Origin: Actinomycetes bacterium
Lineage (GTDB): Bacteria; Actinomycetota; Acidimicrobiia; Acidimicrobiales; RAAP-2
DNA length: 64,000 nt
Assembly: GCA_021818025.1 (NCBI GenBank)
Contig: JAKAFH010000002.1
Location: 15,878 to 79,877, forward strand
Reading direction: 5' to 3'
A model generated the notes under the pieces. That model ran no database searches. It was not told the origin of the DNA and saw only the letters and a program-made list of their open reading frames with translations. Positions 55,570 through 63,437 of the stretch are shown piece by piece; the stretch's first letter is position 1, and every line of letters starts with the position of its first letter. Both the position numbers and the translations under genes were made by a program.

Positions 55570-57245
55570 TGCAATCGAGCGTACCGAACCCGAGCGTCGT
55601 GCAGGCCACCTTCGCCGCGACCCTCTTTGACGAGTGGCACCGCCACGGCCTGCGCGACGTCGTCGTCTGTCCCGGTTCGCGCTCGACGCCGCTCGCCATC
55701 GCCGCGGCGGGCCACGAGGGACTGCGCGTGCACGTGCGCGTGGACGAGCGCAGCGCCGGTTTCTTCGCCCTTGGTCGGGCGCTCGCCTCGGCGATGCCGG
55801 TGGCGATCGTCGTGACGAGTGGCACCGCGGCGGCCGAGCTGCACGCGGCGGTAGCCGAGGCGGATCTGGCCGGCGTCGCGTTGCTCGTCGTGACGGCCGA
55901 CCGTCCATCCGAGTTGCACGGCGTGGGGGCCCCCCAGACAATCGAACAACGCGATCTCTACCAGTCGGCGGTTCGTCGGTTCGAGGAGCCCGGCGTGGCA
56001 CGGCTCGAGGCCTCGGCGAGCTGGCGGCCGCTGGCCAGCCGATGCTGGGCGGCGGCGGTCGGATCCGACGGCACCGGTGGCCCCGTGCACCTCAACCTCG
56101 CCTTCGTCGAGCCGCTCGTCGCCGATCCCCTGCAGTTGCCCGCCGGACGTGGCGGTACCGCGCGGTGGCGACACGACGAGCCGGATCGGGCCCTGAGCGG
56201 TGACCTCGACGTTCGGGGCGAGCGAGTCCTCGCCGTCGTCGGTCGCGGCGTTCGTCACGAGACCGTGCTGTCGATGCTCGAAAGCGGCTGGGCCGTCATC
56301 GGTGACGCGACGGTGGCGTCGACCATCGCGCACGCCGACGCGCTGTTGCGTGACCTGGCGTTCGCTGACGCCGTACGGCCCGACGTGGTCGTTCGGCTGG
56401 GCGGTCTGCCGGCTTCCAAGGCCCTCAGCGAACAGCTGCGTCGGTGGGGGATTGCCGCCGTGGCCTGGCGCGGGGCCGGGCCGCTCAGTGACCCCGACGG
56501 AGTGATCAGCGTCTCGTACCCGGGCCTGCCCAACTTCGCCGACGACCGGCTGCGGGCGGACGATTCGTACCGCGAGCGTTGGAGCTCGGCGGCGGCCGCG
56601 GTCGAACGATGGCTGGTGGAACGCGAGTCCGAGGACGGACTGCTCTGTGAGCCCGACGTCGCTCGGGCCGTGGTGACGGCGAGCACCGAGAACGATGTGG
56701 CGCTCGTGGTCGGCTCGTCGATGCCGGTGCGTGATGTCGAGTGGTGGGCCAGTCCACGGACTGCTCCCACGTTCGCCAATCGGGGCGCCAACGGGATCGA
56801 CGGCGTCGTCTCCACCGTGATGGGCGTGGGCACCGGCGGAGCGGTGATCGGACTCGTGGGTGACGTCACCTTCCTGCACGACGTCTCAGGACTCGTCGAC
56901 GGTCTCGGCCCCCTGGGCGGGCGATGCGTGCTCGTCGTCGTCGACAACGGCGGTGGGGGGATCTTCTCCTTCTTGTCCCAGGCGACCGCCCTGACCCCGG
57001 AGGTCTTCGAGTCGCTCTTTGGCACGCCGCGCAACCACGACATCGCCGCGATCGCGCGCGCCTTCGGACACCGTGCGGTCGCCGTGGAGACCCGGGCGGA
57101 CCTGCGCGAGCAGATCGATGCCGGGCTGGCGCAGGACGGGGTCACCGTCGTGGTAGCGCGCGTGCCAGAGCGCACCGCGAACGTGACCATTCACGACGAG
57201 TTCGTAGCCGCGGCGGCGGGCCTGTGGCGGTCGTCGGCCTCGTGA
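55563..57245 (+). CDS. menD: 2-succinyl-5-enolpyruvyl-6-hydroxy-3-cyclohexene-1-carboxylate synthase
   Basis: 560 aa. VVCPGSRSTPLA N-terminal block and the ThDP motif GDVTFLHD..NNGGGGIF. Start at GTG 55563 or TTG 55569. Confidence 0.9.
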   Translation: MTLQSSVPNPSVVQATFAATLFDEWHRHGLRDVVVCPGSRSTPLAIAAAGHEGLRVHVRVDERSAGFFALGRALASAMPVAIVVTSGTAAAELHAAVAEADLAGVALLVVTADRPSELHGVGAPQTIEQRDLYQSAVRRFEEPGVARLEASASWRPLASRCWAAAVGSDGTGGPVHLNLAFVEPLVADPLQLPAGRGGTARWRHDEPDRALSGDLDVRGERVLAVVGRGVRHETVLSMLESGWAVIGDATVASTIAHADALLRDLAFADAVRPDVVVRLGGLPASKALSEQLRRWGIAAVAWRGAGPLSDPDGVISVSYPGLPNFADDRLRADDSYRERWSSAAAAVERWLVERESEDGLLCEPDVARAVVTASTENDVALVVGSSMPVRDVEWWASPRTAPTFANRGANGIDGVVSTVMGVGTGGAVIGLVGDVTFLHDVSGLVDGLGPLGGRCVLVVVDNGGGGIFSFLSQATALTPEVFESLFGTPRNHDIAAIARAFGHRAVAVETRADLREQIDAGLAQDGVTVVVARVPERTANVTIHDEFVAAAAGLWRSSAS

Positions 57246-57985
57246 TCGCGACGTTACCCAGTTCGCTCGTCGCCGCGTTCCCGCTGGCCTTCGCGGCGGG
57301 ACTGGTGTCGTTCATCTCGCCCTGCGTCCTGCCGCTGTTGCCGGGCTATCTCGCGTTTCTCAGTGGCGCCACCGGCAGTATCGAGGGACGAAGCGGTCGG
57401 GGGCGCGCGGTCGCTGGCTCGCTCGCCTTTGTCGTGGGCTTCGCGCTCGTCTTCGTCAGCTTCGGTGCGGCTTTCGGCGGGCTCGGCGGCTCGCTGCGGA
57501 CCCACCAGCGCGGCCTGGAGATCGCCTTCGGCGTGATCACCATCGTCCTCGGCTTCTTCTTCGCGGGGTGGTGGCCATCGTCCTGGCTGCAACGCGAACG
57601 GCGGGTCCATCACCTGCCGCGGGCGTCGGTCCTGGGCGCGGCACTCCTAGGCGTGCTCTTCGCGCTCGGCTGGACGCCGTGCATCGGCCCAACGCTCGCG
57701 GCGATCCTGGGGCTCGCGGCGTCGTCGTCGGGTGCCACGGCCTGGCGTGGGTCGATTCTCGCCTTCGTGTACTGCCTCGGACTCGGCCTGCCCTTCGTCG
57801 TGGCCGCGATGGCGACCGAGTGGATGGCGACGGCCTCGACGTGGCTGCGTCGGCACCACCTGCTGATCGGTCGCATCGGGGGGATCATGCTGATCCTCAT
57901 CGGCGTGGCCGAGATCAGTGGCGCGTGGCACGCCTTCGTGCTCTGGCTGCAGATCCACTTCCCCGCGACGAACGCCATCCTCTAG
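57242..57985 (+). CDS. ccdA: cytochrome c biogenesis protein CcdA (DsbD-family thiol-disulfide transporter)
   Basis: GTG 57242 forms GTGA with the menD stop. FISPCVLPLLPGYLAF and GWTPCIGP motifs; 6 TM segments. Confidence 0.85.
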   Translation: MIATLPSSLVAAFPLAFAAGLVSFISPCVLPLLPGYLAFLSGATGSIEGRSGRGRAVAGSLAFVVGFALVFVSFGAAFGGLGGSLRTHQRGLEIAFGVITIVLGFFFAGWWPSSWLQRERRVHHLPRASVLGAALLGVLFALGWTPCIGPTLAAILGLAASSSGATAWRGSILAFVYCLGLGLPFVVAAMATEWMATASTWLRRHHLLIGRIGGIMLILIGVAEISGAWHAFVLWLQIHFPATNAIL

Positions 57986-58007
57986 CCAAGCGCCGGGGAC
58001 GCTCTCG

Positions 58008-58013
58008 TAGACT
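58008..58013 (+). promoter_or_regulatory. -10-like hexamer TAGACT, 6 nt before the tyrS ATG (leaderless-type)
   Basis: TAGACT-tcgacc-ATG. Confidence 0.5.
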
Positions 58014-58019
58014 TCGACC

Positions 58020-59303
58020 ATGAACGTGCGTGACGACTGGCAGTTCCGAGGACTCGTCCACCAGGTGACCGACGACGGCGTCCTCGAGCGGCTCAGCGCC
58101 GGCGGGGTCACCGCCTACATCGGCTTTGACCCCACTGCCTCGTCGCTGCACCTCGGCGGGCTGCTGCAGATCTGCAATCTCCGGCGACTCCAGCTCGCCG
58201 GGAACCGGCCGATCGCCCTGGCCGGGGGTGGAACCGGGCTGATCGGCGACCCGAGCTTCAAGGACGTCGAGCGCCCGCTGCTGACCCGCGACCAGCTCGA
58301 CGCCAACCTCGACGGGATCCGGTCGCAACTGGAACGACTCCTCGACTTCTCGGACTCGGCCGGAACGTCGCGGGCGATGGTCCTGAACAACGCTGACTGG
58401 CTGACGACGATCTCTCTGACCGACTTCCTGCGCGACGTGGGCAAGCACTTCACCGTCAACCAGATGGTGGCCAAGGAGTCGGTGCGCAGTCGGCTCGAGC
58501 GCGAGGACGTCGGCCTCTCATTCACGGAGTTCTCGTACATGCTTTTGCAGGCCTACGACTTCTTGCGCCTGAACGTCGACCACGGCTGCACCCTGCAGCT
58601 CGGCGGCTCAGACCAGTGGGGCAACATCACGATGGGTACCGAACTGGTGCGCAAGGTGACTGGCCAGTCTGCCGCCGGCCTGACGTCACCGCTCCTGCTG
58701 CGCCCCGACGGGCGAAAGTACGGCAAGTCCGAGGGCGGGAACGATCGGGTCTGGCTGGATCCCACCATGACGTCGCCGTTCGCCCTGCACCAGTTCCTCT
58801 TGAACAGCGAGGACGAGATGACGCCGACGCTGCTTCGCTTCTTCACGTTCCTCGATCACGACACGATCAGCGATCTCGATGAGTCGCTGCGGCGCGACCC
58901 CCAGGCCCGACGCGCCCAACGGGCGCTCGCCAACGCAGTAGTGGCGATGGTCCACGGCGACGACGCCGCCTTGCGGGCCGAACGCGCGGGCGAGGCACTG
59001 TTCAACGAGTCGATCGCCGAACTGGACGAGGCGACGCTGCTCGAGGTGGTGGCCGACGCGCCGTCGTCGATCCTAGATCGCGAGGCGGTGCGCGAGGGTC
59101 TTGATCCGGTCGATGTCCTGGTGCGGACCGGACTCGCGTCCTCCAAGGCCGAGGCGCGTCGCTTCCTCAGTCAGGGTGGCGTCTACGTCAACAACCGACG
59201 ACTCGGGGCCGATAGCCGCATCGACCTCTCGATGGCGCTGTACGACCGCTACCTGGTGCTGCGACGGGGTCGGCGCCAACTGCACCTCGTGGTCGTGGCG
59301 TGA
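58020..59303 (+). CDS. tyrS: tyrosine--tRNA ligase
   Basis: HIGH-type motif (SSLHLGG), KMSKS-type motif (KYGKS), and a C-terminal S4 domain; 427 aa. Confidence 0.95.
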   Translation: MNVRDDWQFRGLVHQVTDDGVLERLSAGGVTAYIGFDPTASSLHLGGLLQICNLRRLQLAGNRPIALAGGGTGLIGDPSFKDVERPLLTRDQLDANLDGIRSQLERLLDFSDSAGTSRAMVLNNADWLTTISLTDFLRDVGKHFTVNQMVAKESVRSRLEREDVGLSFTEFSYMLLQAYDFLRLNVDHGCTLQLGGSDQWGNITMGTELVRKVTGQSAAGLTSPLLLRPDGRKYGKSEGGNDRVWLDPTMTSPFALHQFLLNSEDEMTPTLLRFFTFLDHDTISDLDESLRRDPQARRAQRALANAVVAMVHGDDAALRAERAGEALFNESIAELDEATLLEVVADAPSSILDREAVREGLDPVDVLVRTGLASSKAEARRFLSQGGVYVNNRRLGADSRIDLSMALYDRYLVLRRGRRQLHLVVVA

Positions 59304-59731
59304 TCCGTCGACTGCTCGTGCTCGCCGCCGCGGGTCTCTCGCTCGCGGCGTGCGGGGCGAAGGTGAGCAGTGCGACAGCCCTGCACAACTGGGTCACCCA
59401 GAGCGGCTTTCACGACACCTCGCTGGCGCTCGCGAGCGACGCCCGCCACGCCGTGCGCGCGCTCGAAGACGCGTCCACGGACCCCAAGGAACTGCACCTG
59501 GTGTGCGGGGTGTTGCTCTATGACACCGAGTCGGCCAACGCCTCGCTGCCCACTCCGGATCAGCAGTCGACGTCCCTGCTCTCGCGCGCCTACACCGACC
59601 TCGGCGCGGGGGCGCACCAGTGCTACAACGCCGGCACCAGTCACGCGCGCCGCCGCGCGGCGATCGAGTCCTTGCGCGGCGGGGGAGCGGCGCTCGCCGA
59701 GGCGACCGCTCGGATCGCCGTCGCGTCTTAG
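59300..59731 (+). CDS. putative lipoprotein (143 aa)
   Basis: Signal peptide with lipobox LAAC (MIRRLLVLAAAGLSLAACG). GTGA junction with tyrS. Confidence 0.6.
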   Translation: MIRRLLVLAAAGLSLAACGAKVSSATALHNWVTQSGFHDTSLALASDARHAVRALEDASTDPKELHLVCGVLLYDTESANASLPTPDQQSTSLLSRAYTDLGAGAHQCYNAGTSHARRRAAIESLRGGGAALAEATARIAVAS

Positions 59732-59952
59732 GCGCTCGGTTGGGGCCGCAGGTCGATCTCCAGTCGCAAGATCCCGTTCTCGAGGGTCGCCGTCGCGTCA
59801 CCGAGCATGGCGAAGTCCTGGAAGTCCAGACGGGCCGCCTCCATGAATCGCTGGCGCTCGGGACCCTCGACGGGTGGGAGGCCGCGTCGTTTCACGGCCT
59901 CGGCTCGCTCCCGGAATCGCAGGACCATGTCGTTGGGGTCAAAGGCAGGCAC
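59728..59952 (-). CDS. hypothetical small protein (74 aa)
   Basis: GTG start preceded by TAACAT at the leaderless spacing. Coding-like composition. No family recognised. Confidence 0.45.
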   Translation of the reverse strand: MPAFDPNDMVLRFRERAEAVKRRGLPPVEGPERQRFMEAARLDFQDFAMLGDATATLENGILRLEIDLRPQPSA

Positions 59953-59958
59953 GAGTCG

Positions 59959-59964
59959 ATGTTA
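59959..59964 (-). promoter_or_regulatory. -10-like hexamer TAACAT, 6 nt before GTG 59952 (leaderless-type)
   Basis: Minus-strand reading is ACCCCTAACATC-gactc-GTG. Confidence 0.5.
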
Positions 59965-60066
59965 GGGGTTCTGAGCGGCACGTGAGTTGGTAACATGGGG
60001 GTTCGGCGTGCGGGAGCGACGCTGCGGTTGCCGCCAGTTATGGACCGCGACCAGTGAGGAGTTGAC

Positions 60067-60279
60067 GTGAAAAAAGGCCGCCACCGTCGGTTTGTTGAAG
60101 CTCGCGAACTCAAGCGGTCCACCGGTCCACGGGCGACCACCTGCGTCGAGTGCGGTGCGGCACCCGAGGACGTGCACGCGGAGTGGTGCCTCGCCGAAGA
60201 AGACCGCTACGACGAAATCCTGGGCAAGTTACCGCGCACGGCCTTCGCGGAGGACGACCCCCTGGCAGCTGAGGGCTAG
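60067..60279 (+). CDS. hypothetical small basic protein with a CxxC..H..C motif (70 aa)
   Basis: GAGGAG SD before GTG 60067. MKKGRHRRF basic N-terminus, CVEC-x7-H-x3-C, and an acidic tail. Confidence 0.5.
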   Translation: MKKGRHRRFVEARELKRSTGPRATTCVECGAAPEDVHAEWCLAEEDRYDEILGKLPRTAFAEDDPLAAEG

Positions 60280-61016
60280 CGCCGTCGGCGAAGCACCGGA
60301 TGGGCGAGCCTCGTCCGGGTTGGCAGTTCGGCGCGGTGCGAGACGTAGGCGAGCAAACGCTCATAGACGTCCTCGCCGGCCATGGCGATCAGTTCGTTGC
60401 GCATCGAGTCGATGACCCTGGTGGCGCCGACGAAGGCGTCGGGAGACTCGGTGCACCACCAGTGGAAGTCGAAGCCGCCGTCACCCCAGTCGCGCCGATC
60501 CCACTGCCCGATTCGCGTCACGACGTGACCGCTCTCGGCGACCTCGTCGTCGCGGTGCAGCGGCAGCTGCCAGCAGACGTCGGGCTTGAGCGGGATGTAG
60601 CTCTCGCCGCTGTCCATGGCCAGCACGTGCAGGGCGCAACCCGGGCCGCGGTGAAAGTCGGGTCGATTGAGGAAGATGCAGGCGTCCTTCACCAAGCGGG
60701 TGACGATTTCACCGCTGCGCTTGACCCGCGTGGTCCCTCGGGACGCCTGTTTCTTGAACTGCCACTGGTCATCGGTAAGCCGGGTGGCGGCGAGCTCGAC
60801 GCGCTCGCGGTCCGCGTCGTCGGTGAAGTGCGCCCCGTAGCTGCAGCACCCTTGCACGAGCTCGGGGGTCGGCCCGGTCAGCACACCCTGGCAGCCGTGT
60901 CCGAAGATGCAGGTCCAATTACTTTCGAGGAACGTGACGTCGAACATCCAGGTGCGCTGGACGTTCTCGTCATCGAAGCTCACCCATTCGTGGGCGTCGG
61001 GAGGTATCGAAGTCAC
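60276..61016 (-). CDS. conserved-looking Cys-rich hypothetical protein (246 aa, 8 Cys)
   Basis: GTG 61016 preceded by TAGTTT at the leaderless spacing. Cys clusters CIFGHGCQG..GCCSYGAHF, PGCALH, DVCWQ and WWC. Family not recognised with confidence. Confidence 0.6.
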   Translation of the reverse strand: MTSIPPDAHEWVSFDDENVQRTWMFDVTFLESNWTCIFGHGCQGVLTGPTPELVQGCCSYGAHFTDDADRERVELAATRLTDDQWQFKKQASRGTTRVKRSGEIVTRLVKDACIFLNRPDFHRGPGCALHVLAMDSGESYIPLKPDVCWQLPLHRDDEVAESGHVVTRIGQWDRRDWGDGGFDFHWWCTESPDAFVGATRVIDSMRNELIAMAGEDVYERLLAYVSHRAELPTRTRLAHPVLRRRR

Positions 61017-61022
61017 TGCTCG

Positions 61023-61028
61023 AAACTA
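61023..61028 (-). promoter_or_regulatory. -10-like hexamer TAGTTT, 6 nt before GTG 61016 (leaderless-type)
   Basis: Minus-strand reading is TAGTTT-cgagca-GTG. Confidence 0.45.
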
Positions 61029-61057
61029 CTCCGAGGTCAGCCCGGCGACGACACCCC

Positions 61058-61063
61058 TAGACT
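61058..61063 (+). promoter_or_regulatory. -10-like hexamer TAGACT, 6 nt before ATG 61070 (leaderless-type)
   Basis: CCCCTAGACT-ttgcgt-ATG. Confidence 0.45.
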
Positions 61064-61069
61064 TTGCGT

Positions 61070-61723
61070 ATGACTACCGTCGAGACGTTTGACATCCTCA
61101 CCCTCACCGACGAAGCCCGCAACGTGGTGATCGACGCGTTGGCCAACGAGGAGCGTTCCGAGGAACTCGCCTTGTTCATCGAGGTCACGGGAACCCGCTC
61201 GGGTGGCTACGTCTACGACCTCTACTTCTCGGATCGAGTGGACGCCCCGTCTGATGCCGCGATCGGCCGTGACGGCGACGTGACCATCGTGGTGCCCGCT
61301 CGGAGCGTCGCCCGACTCCGGGGGAGTCGACTGGAGTTCGCGCCCGACGGCGGCGGTGGCCTGGTACTCGTCAATCCCAACGTGCCCACGGCTGAGGAGT
61401 TGCACCCCGGCGTGCCGGCTGACATCGTTGCCTTCGGCGTGGACGGGCCGCTCGCCAAGCGAGCCATCGCGGTGCTCGAGTCCGAGATCAATCCCTCGAT
61501 TGCGGCGCACGGTGGCAACGCCGACCTCGTCTCGCTGGACGAGGACAAGCGCGTCGCGTACATCATGATGGGCGGCGGGTGCCAGGGTTGCTCGTTGAGT
61601 CGCATGACGCTGTCACAGGGGATCGAAACCAAGCTCGTCGAGGCCATCCCCGAACTGACGGGCGTCGTGGACGTCACGGACCACGCCTCGGGTGTCAACC
61701 CCTTCTACTCTGACGACCACTAA
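61070..61723 (+). CDS. NfuA-like Fe-S cluster carrier (degenerate A-type domain plus NifU C-terminal domain)
   Basis: C-terminal INPSIAAHGGNADLV..GGGCQGCSLS (Nfu CxxC motif). The N-terminal HesB/IscA-like domain lacks the Cys ligands. Start set at ATG 61070 from promoter spacing; TTG 61064 in the track. Confidence 0.75.
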   Translation: MTTVETFDILTLTDEARNVVIDALANEERSEELALFIEVTGTRSGGYVYDLYFSDRVDAPSDAAIGRDGDVTIVVPARSVARLRGSRLEFAPDGGGGLVLVNPNVPTAEELHPGVPADIVAFGVDGPLAKRAIAVLESEINPSIAAHGGNADLVSLDEDKRVAYIMMGGGCQGCSLSRMTLSQGIETKLVEAIPELTGVVDVTDHASGVNPFYSDDH

Positions 61724-61743
61724 AGGTTCCCGCTCGGCTGTCC

Positions 61744-61749
61744 TAGAAT
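61744..61749 (+). promoter_or_regulatory. -10-like hexamer TAGAAT, 6 nt before the aroC ATG (leaderless-type)
   Basis: TAGAAT-cgggcg-ATG. Confidence 0.5.
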
Positions 61750-61755
61750 CGGGCG

Positions 61756-62940
61756 ATGTTACGATTCCTGACCGCGGGTGAGAGTCACGGCCCGTCCCTG
61801 AGCGTCATCGTCGAGGGACTGCCCTCGGGCCTTGAGGTCCGCGAGGAGGAGATCGCCGACGAACTGGCGCGGCGTCGTCTCGGGTTCGGCCGCGGTCCGC
61901 GGATGCGCTTCGAGCGCGACGTGCTGCGTCTGACCGGTGGGATCCGCCACGGGCGCACTCTGGGATCGCCGGTCGCCATCGAGATCCTCAACTCCGAATG
62001 GCCCAAGTGGGAAGCGGAGATGTCCGCTGCGCCCGGTGCACCGAGCAAGAAGCTCACGGCACCCCGGCCGGGTCACGCCGACCTGGCGGGCATGCAGAAG
62101 TACGGCTTCGACGACGCACGCGACGTGCTCGAACGCGCGAGCGCGCGCGAGACCGCCGCGCGCGTGGTGGCCGGATCGCTCGCCAAGTCGCTGCTGGGCA
62201 CCATCGGCGTCTCGGTGATCAGCCACGTCGTGCGCATCGGCTCGGTCACGAGTCCGCTCGATCGGCGGCCCATGGCGGCGGACCTCTCGCTGGTGGACCA
62301 GAGCGAGGTGCGGTGCTTCGACGAGGGTGCCGCGGCGTTGATGATCGCCGAGATCAAGGCAGCCGCCAAAGAGGGAGACTCCCTCGGCGGCGTCGCCGAG
62401 GTGATCGCCTATGGCGTGCCCGTCGGCATCGGGAGCCACGTGCACTGGGACCGCAAGCTCGACGGACTGCTCGCGGGGGCCCTCATGAGCATTCAGGCGG
62501 TGAAGGCGGTCGAGATCGGCGACGGGATGGCCCAGGCCGAACAGCGCGGCAGCGTGGCTCACGACGCGATCGTGCGTGACGACAAAGCCACCGAGAGCGG
62601 TGGCTTCGCCCGACGCTCGGACCACGCCGGTGGATTGGAAGGCGGCATGTCATCGGGAGCCCCGATCATCGCCAAGGTAGCGATGAAGCCCCTGGCGACG
62701 CTCAACCGGCCCGTGCTCGAGACGGTCGACCTGTCGACGGGCGAGTCGACAGTCTCGTTCAAGGAGCGCACCGACGTCACTGCGGTGCCGGCCCTGGGCG
62801 TGGTCGCCGAGGCCATGACCGCACTGGTGCTCGCCGCCGAGTCGCAGCGCAAGTTCGGTGGTGACTCGGTGGCCGAGTTCACGCGCAACTACCGCGCCTA
62901 CGTCGAACAGCTCGGTGACGCGTCCTCGGCACGCGCCTAG
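61756..62940 (+). CDS. aroC: chorismate synthase
   Basis: 394 aa. MLRFLTAGESHGP N-terminus and conserved RPGHAD and SARETAARV blocks. Confidence 0.95.
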   Translation: MLRFLTAGESHGPSLSVIVEGLPSGLEVREEEIADELARRRLGFGRGPRMRFERDVLRLTGGIRHGRTLGSPVAIEILNSEWPKWEAEMSAAPGAPSKKLTAPRPGHADLAGMQKYGFDDARDVLERASARETAARVVAGSLAKSLLGTIGVSVISHVVRIGSVTSPLDRRPMAADLSLVDQSEVRCFDEGAAALMIAEIKAAAKEGDSLGGVAEVIAYGVPVGIGSHVHWDRKLDGLLAGALMSIQAVKAVEIGDGMAQAEQRGSVAHDAIVRDDKATESGGFARRSDHAGGLEGGMSSGAPIIAKVAMKPLATLNRPVLETVDLSTGESTVSFKERTDVTAVPALGVVAEAMTALVLAAESQRKFGGDSVAEFTRNYRAYVEQLGDASSARA

Positions 62941-62942
62941 CG

Positions 62943-63437
62943 GTGGCGCGTCTGGTCCTGGTCGGGTTGCCCGGCGCGGGCAAGACGACCGTGGCGCGGG
63001 CGGTTGGCGAGCGACTGGGCTGTGACGTCGTCGACACCGACGACGTGCTGGCGTCGATGGTCGGCGCCTCAACGCCGGACCACCTGCGCGCCGTCGGCGA
63101 AGAGGCGTTTCGAGACGACGAGGTGGCCGCGCTGCGCGCGAGTGTCGCGCGCGACGTCGTCGTGTCCACCGGGGGCGGCGTGGTAACGACCGAAGCCGCG
63201 CGGGCGATCCTCGCCGAGCAGGTGACGCTGTGGCTCGACGCCCCCGACGAGGTCCTGGTAACGCGGGTGGGCGAGGGTGATCGTCCGCTGCTCGCGGGCA
63301 ACGCACGCGCCGCCGTCGCGGCGCTGCGCGCGCGCCGCGCGTCGTGGTATCGCGAGGTGTCCCGGTCCTCGGTCGACACCGCCCGTCCGCTCGAGGAGGT
63401 CGTCGAGGACGTGCTGCGTGCGATGATGGCCACATGA
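62943..63437 (+). CDS. aroK: shikimate kinase
   Basis: 164 aa. P-loop GLPGAGKTT, then DTD and GGG(V)V motifs. Confidence 0.9.
   Translation: MARLVLVGLPGAGKTTVARAVGERLGCDVVDTDDVLASMVGASTPDHLRAVGEEAFRDDEVAALRASVARDVVVSTGGGVVTTEAARAILAEQVTLWLDAPDEVLVTRVGEGDRPLLAGNARAAVAALRARRASWYREVSRSSVDTARPLEEVVEDVLRAMMAT

Noticed and set aside
55314-56879. 521-aa ORF antisense to menD
   Set aside because: Same reasoning: menD motifs are clear on the plus strand, and the antisense product is Arg/Gly-rich.
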